Shown: piece after piece, positions 40,803 through 50,133 of the stretch
How positions within the stretch are numbered: position 1 is the stretch's first letter
Layout: every line of letters starts with the position of its first letter
Assembly (NCBI GenBank): GCA_964484505.1
Contig: CAZAFB010000003.1
Span: 37,044 to 101,043, forward strand
Reading direction: 5' to 3'
Source: an uncultured Bdellovibrionales bacterium
GTDB lineage: Bacteria > Patescibacteriota > Minisyncoccia > Moranbacterales > GWC2-37-73
Length of the DNA stretch: 64,000 bases
The notes under the pieces: model-generated
Seen by the model: only the letters and a program-made list of their open reading frames with translations
What the model was told of the DNA's origin: nothing
The model's database searches: none
Made by a program: the position numbers and the translations under genes

Positions 40803-41288
40803 ATGGCAGTAAAAGCAGTAAAAAAAGTTGAGAAAAAAGATGCGCCAAAGGCGGCGAAAACGGTAAAGGCGTCAGCAGCTTCTTCCAAAGAGAAATATTT
40901 TGCCGGTGTTGGAAGACGCAAAGCTTCCGTAGCGCAGGTCCGCATATATCAGCAAGAAGGTTCCGGCGAGGCTGATGTGATGATCAATGACCGCAAGATG
41001 AAAGACTATGTTCCCATGGTTAATTTGCAAACAACCGTGCTTGCACCAATGAGAGTGACTGGCACATTTGGCAAATTCCGCATGAGCGTGGTTGTTCGCG
41101 GTGGCGGTTTCAATGGACAAGCTGAAGCGATCCGCTTGGGACTTTCCCGCGCGCTGGTGGCATATGACGAAGCGCTCAAAAAAACGCTTCGTGACAATGG
41201 TTTCCTTACCCGCGATTCCCGCGCCGTAGAACGCAAGAAGCCGGGTCTCAAGAAGGCAAGACGTGCTCCACAGTGGGCTAAAAGATAG
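40803..41288 (+). CDS. rpsI: 30S ribosomal protein S9
   Basis: GRRK, GGG..GQAEAIR, ERKKPGLKKARRAPQWAKR. Confidence 0.98.
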   Translation: MAVKAVKKVEKKDAPKAAKTVKASAASSKEKYFAGVGRRKASVAQVRIYQQEGSGEADVMINDRKMKDYVPMVNLQTTVLAPMRVTGTFGKFRMSVVVRGGGFNGQAEAIRLGLSRALVAYDEALKKTLRDNGFLTRDSRAVERKKPGLKKARRAPQWAKR

Positions 41289-41311
41289 AATATCTTTCAG
41301 CACAGTGTGGA

Positions 41312-41385
41312 AAGGAAAGGGGTCGGGAAAACCTGGGTTTTCCCGTGGCGGAAGTACTGAAACCGCTGGGTTTCAGGGAGCGAAG
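41312..41385. repeat. REP-like palindromic repeat, inverted copy of 12500-12570
   Basis: aggaaaggggtcgggaaaacctgggttttcccgtg matches the reverse complement of cacgggaaaactcaggttttcccgacccctttcct. Confidence 0.8.
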
Positions 41386-41532
41386 CGACTCCACAGTGGG
41401 CGAAGCGTTAGGATACGAATTTTCGCGAATTGGGAAACGAATGTTCACGAATCGCGAATTTCACGAATACTCAGCAATACCAAGATTTATATACAAAAAA
41501 CGCCTTATTTGGGCGTTTTTTGGCGTTTATGA

Positions 41533-41561
41533 TTGACTTTTTCACCAGATAGGTGTATAAT
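41533..41561 (+). promoter_or_regulatory. Sigma70-type promoter TTGACT-N17-TATAAT
   Basis: Direct sequence match upstream of 41640. Confidence 0.7.
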
Positions 41562-41639
41562 ACTAAGTCGCATAAAAACGGCATTTAGTGCCTTAAAAAT
41601 CCAAAGTCGGCGGACTGAAAACGCAGAAGGAGGATTCAA

Positions 41640-42242
41640 ATGAAAAGAACTAGAAGGACCAAACTTGAGATGGGGATGAAAAATGATATCCAAAGAGCTG
41701 GCGTGGTTTTTTCCTTGTATGGGACATTAATTCAGTTTATTGAAAGAATGGCTGATTTATTGGCAAAAAGCAAAACAGACGTTGTCTTATTGAAAGATAT
41801 TATTCCTGAAAAAAACGATCAAGCGACCATTTTCAGAATGATGAAAGAAGTTAATTTACCAGGCTGTGCGATTGATTTTATTGCTTGGATTAATCTGGCG
41901 AAAGTAGTAACGGATAATTGGAAAGATCTCGTCAGTAGTGATATTGTCCAGGTTTTTAAAAATATTATTGTTCATCCCAGCGTAAAGAAAACGGACATGG
42001 TAAATATACTACATTTATTTTGTTCCAACAGCTTAATGTTTTATCACTACTTGAACTTTGAGATTCAAAAAAGATTATTCCCGTTCGAAGGATTCGAGGA
42101 ATTGGATGAGAATTCTCTTATGACACTGATTAGACTCAGTGGTTTGGCTTCCAAATATAAAGAGTTGTTTTTCTGGGAGCAAAGAAATGGCAGGAAACAT
42201 CCTGCTCGCGATATGATATTGGAGGATATATTGAAGGGATAA
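41640..42242 (+). CDS. Hypothetical protein
   Basis: 200-aa ORF with AGGAGG SD and its own promoter. Confidence 0.65.
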   Translation: MKRTRRTKLEMGMKNDIQRAGVVFSLYGTLIQFIERMADLLAKSKTDVVLLKDIIPEKNDQATIFRMMKEVNLPGCAIDFIAWINLAKVVTDNWKDLVSSDIVQVFKNIIVHPSVKKTDMVNILHLFCSNSLMFYHYLNFEIQKRLFPFEGFEELDENSLMTLIRLSGLASKYKELFFWEQRNGRKHPARDMILEDILKG

Positions 42243-42333
42243 ACCCTTGTTGATACATTGGATTTATTAAAGGCTGCAGTCTTAAGGGATTCGCAGCCTT
42301 TTTCATCGGTTCTTCTTTCATTGGGAGTGTGTG

Positions 42334-42370
42334 TGGAGGTTCAACCTCCATAAGGGAGGTTGAACTTCCT
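42334..42370. repeat. Two GGAGGTT(C/G)AAC(C/T)TCC palindromes (REP-like)
   Basis: tggaggttcaacctcca and gggaggttgaacttcct between convergent genes. Confidence 0.7.
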
Positions 42371-42385
42371 AAACGGAAGTATTTA

Positions 42386-43843
42386 TTAAAACCCAAGTAT
42401 TCCTGTTTTCTCAGGGAAGGTGATTGATTGAATGGTGACAATGCCGGCGCTATTTTTGTCGGTGAAATATAAATTGCCGTCCGAATGATTGCTGACCAAA
42501 TGTGTCGAGTCTGCGGAAATATCCAAAACATCTTCCATGGTGCGGTGGTCGCGCGGATCAAGCTCAATAACTTTTATTTTCTTGCCGGTGGCAAAGATTA
42601 TATGTTCGTAGTCTTTGGTCCATTGAACATCAACAACAGGTTCGGAAAAACGGGTGACAGTGGCTAATTCATTTTTCATGCGAGTTGGTTGAACTTCCCA
42701 TTTTCGGCTAAAATAAGCTAAAATTTCGTTGTCGCTCCAAAAAAGAATTTTTTTGCCATCATTTGAAAATTGTGCGCCCCGGATCTTTCCCGGCATCTTG
42801 CGGAAATATGTATCCAGCTCCCCTTTATTATAAACATAAAAATCACCACTTCGGTTCAGATAGGTAATTCGATCTTTGTCATATACGATTATTTGATATG
42901 AAGTGTCGGACATTTCAGCTGGTCCGGATGTCGTGATTTGTTCGGGATTCGAAGAACCGGTCATGTTGGTACGATAAATGATTCCTCCCGGCAATTGCAT
43001 GTAATATAGGCCGCTTGAAGAAAGATCATAACTGGCGATGCCGGAAACCAGGGTCGTTATGCTTTGGGGGTTATCCAAATCGACGCGGTATAAAGTGTCT
43101 CCGTCCATATAGAAAAGAGCGTTTTTGGTGTCAGGATCCCAGCGCACATGGGAGATGTTATTTGTATTCACGATGTCTTTAAGGTCAATCGTTTCTCCGG
43201 TTTCTGTGGTTTCAATGAAATAATGTTTGGTTCCGTCGTTTTTGATTGTAGGTATGATTAGGCGGTGGGCTTGTGGTGACCACTCGATATTTTCTTTTTC
43301 ATCGTTAGTAAAAACATATTCCTTGGAGGAAAAAATGTTTTTGGCGATTTGTTCTTCCGAATCCAATAAACCAACTAAAAATTCCTCGTCCTTTTTCTGC
43401 GTGAAGGCGATTAAATCATTTTTTGGCGAGATGAAGATTTTTCCTGATTGCGTAGCATCATAGGATATGCGGTCATAAGAATCACGCACAAGCATGATGT
43501 TCCAAAACTCAGTCGATATGCCGCTGTGCACATCGATGCGTTTGGACCATGGCTTGAACCCGGAGGCACTGACGGTAACCTCATATTCGCCAGGTTTGAC
43601 GCCGTCAATGTGATATGAATTATTGAGACGATTGAGTTTTTTGGAGGGAATAGGGACGCCATTGATGGCAACGTCGACGGTTTGAGGAAGAGTTTTTAGG
43701 CTGACGGAGCCGCCATAGATAAAAACCCCTTTGCCAAAGCTGTAACGATAGCCAAAGGCGTAGGAGATTATCAACGTGGAAACGATGAAAAAGACCGCTA
43801 CAAGGGTCCAAAAGAAGATAAATTTTCCTTTTTCTGGTGTCAT
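42386..43843 (-). CDS. PEGA-domain/beta-propeller membrane-anchored protein
   Basis: N-terminal TM, YAFGYRY, T.P....V.ING, PGEYEVTV...GFKPW, propeller-like repeats. Confidence 0.75.
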   Translation of the reverse strand: MTPEKGKFIFFWTLVAVFFIVSTLIISYAFGYRYSFGKGVFIYGGSVSLKTLPQTVDVAINGVPIPSKKLNRLNNSYHIDGVKPGEYEVTVSASGFKPWSKRIDVHSGISTEFWNIMLVRDSYDRISYDATQSGKIFISPKNDLIAFTQKKDEEFLVGLLDSEEQIAKNIFSSKEYVFTNDEKENIEWSPQAHRLIIPTIKNDGTKHYFIETTETGETIDLKDIVNTNNISHVRWDPDTKNALFYMDGDTLYRVDLDNPQSITTLVSGIASYDLSSSGLYYMQLPGGIIYRTNMTGSSNPEQITTSGPAEMSDTSYQIIVYDKDRITYLNRSGDFYVYNKGELDTYFRKMPGKIRGAQFSNDGKKILFWSDNEILAYFSRKWEVQPTRMKNELATVTRFSEPVVDVQWTKDYEHIIFATGKKIKVIELDPRDHRTMEDVLDISADSTHLVSNHSDGNLYFTDKNSAGIVTIQSITFPEKTGILGF

Positions 43844-43953
43844 AATTATGTGGTAATGATAGGATATTTTGGTATATTTGTCCAGAAACCAAAAAATCCC
43901 TTTCGGGATCTTACGGGGCCTGCCACGTGGCGAGCGAAGCGAGTTTTACGGGG

Positions 43954-44026
43954 TGCGCCCACCAGGACTCGAACCTGGGACCGTTTGCTTAAAAGGCAAC
44001 TGCTCTACCAACTGAGCTATAGGCGC
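43954..44026 (-). tRNA. tRNA-Lys(TTT)
   Basis: GCGCCTATAGCTCAGTTGGTAGAGCAGTTGCCTTTTAAGCAAACGGTCCCAGGTTCGAGTCCTGGTGGGCGCA. Confidence 0.95.
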
Positions 44027-44032
44027 AAAAAA

Positions 44033-44089
44033 TACCAACTGCTTGTCCCGTGGTCCGACCTGTCGGACTTTACGGGAAGCTATAGGCGC
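44033..44089 (-). repeat. Duplicated tRNA-Lys 5' end interrupted by a 36-nt palindrome
   Basis: GCGCCTATAGCT[TCCCGTAAAGTCCGACAGGTCGGACCACGGGACAAG]CAGTTGGTA. Confidence 0.8.
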
Positions 44090-44162
44090 ATATCTGAAAA
44101 TCAAGATAACACAATCAATTATATCCGATTTTCGCAATCGGTCAATAGTTTCCAAAAATTCC

Positions 44163-44660
44163 TTATTTTCCCCTCTTATTGACTATTATAACAAAAAATA
44201 GCGGAATAACCATCCAGGCGACGCGCGCCCAAGGAGAGGTGAAATATTGCAAGGAATCTATGGAAACATATTTGACGATTTCCTTTTGGGGAATGTAGGT
44301 GAAGGCTATGCTTGCCAAAAGTCCGATTTCCAAAAAGCTTATCAAAAAAACTTCCCAATAAGGTAATCCGCTGCCTGAAATATGAATATCAAAGAGATAT
44401 TTCTCCATCAAAAACAAGACGATAATCGCAATGGCAAAAACCATGATTGCGGTATATTTTCCCATGTCCGGAACCACGGATGGCAAAACTTGCAACAGGG
44501 CCAGAGAAATATAGATATTTATGAGCATGTTATAGAGCCTGAAGCGTCCAACCAACAGCCAAAACACCGTACTGATAATCAAGATTGCTACCGCAAGGGT
44601 TATGAGTTCGCCTGTTGATGTCGAAAGCCCAAGCGATGCATAGAGTGCTTCCAATTTCAT
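44163..44660 (-). CDS. Hypothetical membrane protein
   Basis: 165 aa, about five TM segments. Confidence 0.75.
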   Translation of the reverse strand: MKLEALYASLGLSTSTGELITLAVAILIISTVFWLLVGRFRLYNMLINIYISLALLQVLPSVVPDMGKYTAIMVFAIAIIVLFLMEKYLFDIHISGSGLPYWEVFLISFLEIGLLASIAFTYIPQKEIVKYVSIDSLQYFTSPWARVAWMVIPLFFVIIVNKRGK

Positions 44661-44770
44661 ATCTTTTTTATTATGAAGAATATCTTTCCATAGTATACAT
44701 TCTTATGCACAAGTTGAGAAGATGTTCCGATGGCTTTTGTTGATTTCTTTTTGTGTGCTATTATTTGGTT

Positions 44771-45832
44771 ATGAAAAAGATATATTTATTAGGCAGTATA
44801 TTTGCCGCAACAATGTTACTTTCCGGTTGTTCTTTGATTCCAGGTGGTTCAGGAACCTCAACTTCCGGAACTTCGGCAGCCAACTTTTTTGTCTCCGGGG
44901 ATGGTGGCGCAACTTGGAATCCGAAAGTTAAGGTTGATGAAAAGAAGAGCATTACTGCAGCTGATATTTTGACGATTGCCGCGCATCCGACTGATTCCAG
45001 CATTATTTATGCCGGCACGATGAGCAATGGCTTGCTCAAAAGCACGGACGGCGCCGAGACTTGGCAAGTGGAATCTTTCGCCCAAAAAGCCTATGCGATT
45101 TCATTTGATCCTCAAAAACCGAATATCATATATGCGGCCGGAGTATATAATAAGAGGGGAAAAATATTCAAAAAGGAAGGCGAAGGGGAATGGAAAGAAA
45201 TATATACCGAGCCCGCCGAAGGCACATTTGTCGCTTCTTTGGCAGTCGATCAATCAAACAGCGACTATATTTATGCCGGCACTTCCGATGGCGTAATTAT
45301 CAAATCAACAGATGCGGGAAAGACGTGGAAAAATCTAAAAAAGGTCGACGGACCGGTAACGAGTATTGTTTTCGATGCAGGAGGAGGACCACATCTGTAT
45401 TTTGGCATTTTCCAACAAGGAGTATTGGAAACGCTTGATGGCGGTAATGAAATAGTGGACATGACATCAAAAGAAGGGGTTATATCCGGAATCTCTGGGA
45501 AAGATGTATATTCCGTAGTGGCAGATCCTATCGTTAAAAATGTATTGTATGTGGGGACAGATAAGGGAGTGGTTAAAGTAACCGAAGGCGGTAAAAAATG
45601 GGAGTCGCTTAATGTAATTGCCAGCAGCGAAGGATTTGCAATTCGTGGGCTTGCAATAAATCCCAAGAATAACAAGGAAATTATCTATGTCGCAGCAAGA
45701 GCGATATATCGCACGATTGATGGAGGAGTGAAATGGTCCACTTATCAACTGGATACCAAAAAAGGAGTAGGTGTGATAAAATTCAGTCCGGCAGATTCGC
45801 AAAAAGTATATATGGGATTGAGGAATATTTGA
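44771..45832 (+). CDS. BNR/Asp-box beta-propeller lipoprotein
   Basis: Lipobox LSGC; repeated S.DGG.TW motifs. Confidence 0.85.
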   Translation: MKKIYLLGSIFAATMLLSGCSLIPGGSGTSTSGTSAANFFVSGDGGATWNPKVKVDEKKSITAADILTIAAHPTDSSIIYAGTMSNGLLKSTDGAETWQVESFAQKAYAISFDPQKPNIIYAAGVYNKRGKIFKKEGEGEWKEIYTEPAEGTFVASLAVDQSNSDYIYAGTSDGVIIKSTDAGKTWKNLKKVDGPVTSIVFDAGGGPHLYFGIFQQGVLETLDGGNEIVDMTSKEGVISGISGKDVYSVVADPIVKNVLYVGTDKGVVKVTEGGKKWESLNVIASSEGFAIRGLAINPKNNKEIIYVAARAIYRTIDGGVKWSTYQLDTKKGVGVIKFSPADSQKVYMGLRNI

Positions 45833-45882
45833 TCACAGTGATCAAGGAACAATAATACTAAATACTAAATACTAAACGAGGT

Positions 45883-46440
45883 ATGTATACACAAGTAATC
45901 GAAACTAAAAAAACTGATTTGGAAAAGGCGATTGAACATCTTCAAATTGAGTTGGGGAAGTTGAGAACGGGACGCGCGACGCCATCACTGGTGGAAGATT
46001 TGAAGGTTGATTATTATGGCACCAAAACCCCGCTAAAACAAATTGCTGCAATAAACACCCCCGAGCCTCGGACCATCATGATTCAACCATGGGATCGCGG
46101 CGCTTTGGTTTCAATTGAGTCGGCAATTCGTGAGTCTGACCTTGGCTTCAATCCTAATAATGATGGTATTGTTATCCGCATCAACATCCCAATGTTGACA
46201 GAGGAGCGTCGCAAGGATTTAGTGAAAGTTTTGAATCAAAAAGCCGAAGAATCGCGCATCGCCGTGCGTATGGTTCGAGAAGACGCGCTCAAAGAAATTC
46301 AAGACATGGAGAAGGCAGGCGATATTTCCGAGGATGACAAATTCAAAGGCAAAGATAAACTGCAGGAAATTATTGACCAATATAATAAAAAGATCGAAGA
46401 AATCAGAGCGAAGAAAGAGCAGGATATCATGACGGTGTAG
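45883..46440 (+). CDS. frr: Ribosome recycling factor
   Basis: LRTGRA.P, YYG..TPL.Q.A, P.LTEERRK.LVK. Confidence 0.98.
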   Translation: MYTQVIETKKTDLEKAIEHLQIELGKLRTGRATPSLVEDLKVDYYGTKTPLKQIAAINTPEPRTIMIQPWDRGALVSIESAIRESDLGFNPNNDGIVIRINIPMLTEERRKDLVKVLNQKAEESRIAVRMVREDALKEIQDMEKAGDISEDDKFKGKDKLQEIIDQYNKKIEEIRAKKEQDIMTV

Positions 46441-46454
46441 AATGCTCGCAACTT

Positions 46455-46542
46455 TATTTCCATATATTTCGTGCAACATATTTCTATATGTTTTTCGGGT
46501 GTTGGAAATAAATAGAAATACGAAGAAATAAGTAGAAATTAA
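46455..46542. repeat. Imperfect palindrome (ATTTC / GAAAT units) between frr and rseP
   Basis: tatttccatatatttcgtgcaacatatttcta ... ggaaataaatagaaatacgaagaaataagtagaaat. Confidence 0.65.
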
Positions 46543-46555
46543 TTGTCAAAATGCA

Positions 46556-47710
46556 ATGTTGACCATCTTAGTTTTCATCATAATTCTCGGTTTTCTAGTA
46601 TTCGTGCATGAGCTCGGTCATTTTGCAGTGGCGCGAAGAAATGGAATCAAGGCTGAAGAATTCGGTTTTGGTTTCCCACCGCGCGCTTTGGGTGTGGTGA
46701 AGAATGACCAGACGGGGAAATGGGATTTTGTCTTGGGCAGAAAACATATTGAATCAAAAAATACTATCTATTCGATAAACTGGTTGCCAATCGGGGGTTT
46801 TGTGCGCATCAAAGGAGAAAATGGCGATGAGAAGGGCGAAGACAGCTTTGTTAGCAAGAGTCCTTGGGTTCGCAGTAAAGTTTTGATTGCAGGAGTGGTG
46901 ATGAATTTCATTTTCGCTTGGCTGTTGTTTTCTTTTGGATTCATGTTGGGAACGCCACAAGAAGTTGAAAATGCTAACGTCAAGGGGGCATATGTATTGA
47001 TCGAAAAGGTGGAGGATGGTTCTCCTGCGCAAAAAATGGGTCTGAAAATGGGAGATGTTATTGAAAAGAAACAAACCGGTCCGGATGGGAAAACATATAA
47101 TCTTGTGGGCGTTGAAGGCGTGCAGGAATTTATTGGTTCCAACGTGGGCAAGGAAATAAATCTCAACATAAAACGTGGCAAGGAAGAATTGGTCTTAAAA
47201 GGAATTCCTGAAATTATGCCAGAAAGCGGCAAGGGAAGGATTGGTGTCAGCTTAGCGCAAGTGGCCAAAGTTTCCTATTCTTTGTTTCCAGCACTCTGGA
47301 AAGGATTTGTGGAACTTGGTAATGTTTTCTTGATGATATTTATGGTGCTTAAGATGCTACTTTCCGGACAAGGTGGTGGCTTGGATGTTACCGGAGTTGT
47401 GGGAATCGCGGTCTATACCGGAGAAGTTATTCCCTTGGGATTGGCGCATATTCTGCGTTTTGCTGCAATATTAAGTGTAAATTTGGGAATTATCAACGCG
47501 CTACCTTTCCCGGCTCTGGATGGTGGACGTATTTTGTTTATAATTATCGAAAAAATCAAAGGTTCGCCTGTAAGTCAGAAATTAGAGCAAATATTCCACA
47601 CGGCAGGCTTTGCTATTTTGATCGGTTTGATGATATTTGTGACTTACCGCGATTTCTTGAAGTTTGATGTGATCGGTAATCTGGTAGGAAAAATAAAAGG
47701 CATTTTTTAG
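46556..47710 (+). CDS. rseP: Site-2 (M50) membrane metalloprotease RseP
   Basis: HELGH, PIGGFVRI, PDZ domain, NALPFPALDGG. Confidence 0.95.
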   Translation: MLTILVFIIILGFLVFVHELGHFAVARRNGIKAEEFGFGFPPRALGVVKNDQTGKWDFVLGRKHIESKNTIYSINWLPIGGFVRIKGENGDEKGEDSFVSKSPWVRSKVLIAGVVMNFIFAWLLFSFGFMLGTPQEVENANVKGAYVLIEKVEDGSPAQKMGLKMGDVIEKKQTGPDGKTYNLVGVEGVQEFIGSNVGKEINLNIKRGKEELVLKGIPEIMPESGKGRIGVSLAQVAKVSYSLFPALWKGFVELGNVFLMIFMVLKMLLSGQGGGLDVTGVVGIAVYTGEVIPLGLAHILRFAAILSVNLGIINALPFPALDGGRILFIIIEKIKGSPVSQKLEQIFHTAGFAILIGLMIFVTYRDFLKFDVIGNLVGKIKGIF

Positions 47711-47856
47711 CTTAAAAAAGCTTATTTTGCTAGATATATACTACTATGTTGACAAAGTAGAAAAATCTGGTATTCTGGATACGTTACAAATGAACACTAA
47801 ATGCACCGCCCATGAGGCGGCGGCATTTTTTAAACACTAAATGAGGGAAAAATATG

Positions 47857-47985
47857 CCCGGTAGTGAAAATTCAAAATAGTAATTTCGGGCATTTATAGT
47901 TTTACAAGCGTGATAAACGAAAGATAATCAGATAAAATATTAAAGGTTCTTTTGGGCAAAGCCCATTTGAATTTCTACTACCGGG
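47857..47985. mobile_element. MITE family H, copy 2, with TATG duplication at the greA start
   Basis: TATG at 47853-47856 and 47986-47989; ends identical to 8785-8912. Confidence 0.85.
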
Positions 47986-47986
47986 T

Positions 47987-48442
47987 ATGGCAAGACTTAT
48001 TACCAAGGAAGGGTTGAAAAAACTGCAGGACGAATTGGAGCATCGCAAGATCCAAATCAGACAGGAAATAGCTAAGGCGATCAAAGAAGCCAAAGAACAA
48101 GGCGATCTTAGTGAAAATGCCGAATATTCCGAAGCTAAATCGCAGCAAAGTGAAAATGAAACTCGTATAGCTGAATTGGAAATGGCGATCAAAAACTCAC
48201 AGGTTGTGGAGAAGAGTGAACAGTCCGCCAATGTGGGAATTGGTTCGACTGTGACAGTCAAATTCAATGGCAGCGAGATGGATTTTGAAATCGTGGGATC
48301 AAATGAGGCTGATCCTGTGCAGCGAAAGATTTCCAATGAATCTCCTCTGGGCAAGGCCTTTATGGGACGCGCCAAGGGAGATGAGGTTGAAGTGGCTACT
48401 CCGAAGGGGATGATTAAATACAAAATCCTGAACGTGAAATAG
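47987..48442 (+). CDS. greA: Transcription elongation factor GreA
   Basis: GDLSENAEY..AK, IS.ESPLG.A. Confidence 0.97.
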   Translation: MARLITKEGLKKLQDELEHRKIQIRQEIAKAIKEAKEQGDLSENAEYSEAKSQQSENETRIAELEMAIKNSQVVEKSEQSANVGIGSTVTVKFNGSEMDFEIVGSNEADPVQRKISNESPLGKAFMGRAKGDEVEVATPKGMIKYKILNVK

Positions 48443-48453
48443 ATTTACAGATA

Positions 48454-48481
48454 GCGGCGCTCTCGGGGGCGTCGTTTTTTG
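48454..48481 (+). terminator. Intrinsic terminator after greA
   Basis: gcggcgctc-tcgg-gggcgtcgt followed by a T-run. Confidence 0.65.
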
Positions 48482-48522
48482 TTTGCCAAAACGCATATTT
48501 TGGCTTAAAATTAGGTCATGCT

Positions 48523-48645
48523 ATTAAAAACTTACGCATTTACTCTCAAGTCAAAATGAGCCTCTATGCACTTTGACTATTAACATTTGCCAAAGAAGTG
48601 CAAAAACTCATTTCTTTGTTTCGAGCAAACGCGCAAGTTTTTAAT
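48523..48645. mobile_element. MITE-like element, related to family I
   Basis: attaaaaacttacgcattt ... aaacgcgcaagtttttaat TIR. Confidence 0.6.
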
Positions 48646-48673
48646 TTGAATTTCTAAATCATAAAATATTTAT

Positions 48674-50131
48674 ATGATTCGCGAAGACATACTCCAAACC
48701 AAACTTGAAAAACTAAACAACATACGTGAGGCTGGCATGGATGCATATCCGGAAAAGACGATGCGTGATTTCAATAGTGCTCATGCCTTGAGTAAGTTCG
48801 ATGAACTTCAAGGAAAGTCGATAACGTTAGTTGGTCGGGTGCGTTCAATGCGTCCCATGGGTGGCTCTGCTTTTGCGCATATTGAAGATGAAAGTGGTAA
48901 GATTCAGTTGTTTCTCAATAAGAGCAATATGGATGAATCCTTGTTTAAAATATTCGTGAAGAATGTGGAACTTGGTGATTTTGTGCAAGTTAGTGGTGAA
49001 TTGTTTTTGACAAAGAGCGAAGAAAAATCTTTAAAAGTGACCGATTGGAAAATGCTTTCCAAAAACATGCGCCCTATTCCGACGGAGCATTTCGGTATCA
49101 AAGATGAAGAAGAACTTTTGCGTCGCAGATATCTTGATTTGATGACGAATGACGAGACGCGTGAAATGTTCCGTAAGAAAAATATTTTTTGGCAAACTGT
49201 GCGCAAACTCCTTAGCGAAGAAGGATTTTTGGAAGTTCAGACACCTGTACTTGAACATGTGCCTGGTGGCGCTGATGCCGAGCCATTTATTACACACCAT
49301 AATGCACTGGATCAGGATTTTTTTATGCGTATCTCTTTGGAGTTGGCTTTGAAGAGACTTTTGGTTGGCGGTTATGAAAAAGTTTTTGAAATCGGTCGCG
49401 TGTTTCGCAATGAGGGAATCGATCGTCAACATTTGCAAGAATTCGATCACATGGAATTCTATGCGGCATATTGGGATTTGGAAAAAGGCATGGAATTTTC
49501 GGAAAAGTTTTATCGCGAAATCGTGCTTGCAGTTCTGGGGTCATATCAACATAAATATGATGACGAGATAATCGATTGGGAAAAGCCGTTTCCGCGAGTC
49601 GATTATTTCGAAACTTTCAAAAAAGAAACTGGAATCGATTTATCCGAAGAAGTGACTGTTGAGCAGCTTCGCGCGAAGGCGGAGGAACTGGGAATTAAAT
49701 ATGACACGGCTGCCGGCAAAGGAAAGATGATTGATACGATTTATAAAAAAACCGTGCGCCAAAAAATGATCCAGCCTTGCATTTTGGTCGGACATCCTTT
49801 GGACATTTCTCCTTTGGCCAAGAAAGATCCGACAAATCCCAAAAAAGTTTTGCGTTTCCAAGTTGTTGCCGGTACGGCAGAGCTTTGCAATGCCTTTGCT
49901 GAACTAAATGACCCGATCGATCAAAGAGAGCGTTTTGAACAGCAGATGAAATTGCGTGAAGCGGGTGACGCGGAAGCGCAAATGATCGATGAGGATTTTG
50001 TGGAAGCACTGGAATATGGCATGCCGCCGGCATTCGGCTTCGGTTTTTCGGAGCGCTTCTTCTCATTTCTCATGAACCGCTCAATCCGCGAGACCGTTAT
50101 TTTTCCACCGATGAAGGAAAAAGGGGAATAA
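48674..50131 (+). CDS. lysS: Lysyl-tRNA synthetase (class II)
   Basis: RRYLDL, GGADAEPF.T, FRNEG, NAFAELNDP, GMPP. Confidence 0.98.
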   Translation: MIREDILQTKLEKLNNIREAGMDAYPEKTMRDFNSAHALSKFDELQGKSITLVGRVRSMRPMGGSAFAHIEDESGKIQLFLNKSNMDESLFKIFVKNVELGDFVQVSGELFLTKSEEKSLKVTDWKMLSKNMRPIPTEHFGIKDEEELLRRRYLDLMTNDETREMFRKKNIFWQTVRKLLSEEGFLEVQTPVLEHVPGGADAEPFITHHNALDQDFFMRISLELALKRLLVGGYEKVFEIGRVFRNEGIDRQHLQEFDHMEFYAAYWDLEKGMEFSEKFYREIVLAVLGSYQHKYDDEIIDWEKPFPRVDYFETFKKETGIDLSEEVTVEQLRAKAEELGIKYDTAAGKGKMIDTIYKKTVRQKMIQPCILVGHPLDISPLAKKDPTNPKKVLRFQVVAGTAELCNAFAELNDPIDQRERFEQQMKLREAGDAEAQMIDEDFVEALEYGMPPAFGFGFSERFFSFLMNRSIRETVIFPPMKEKGE

Positions 50132-50133
50132 TA

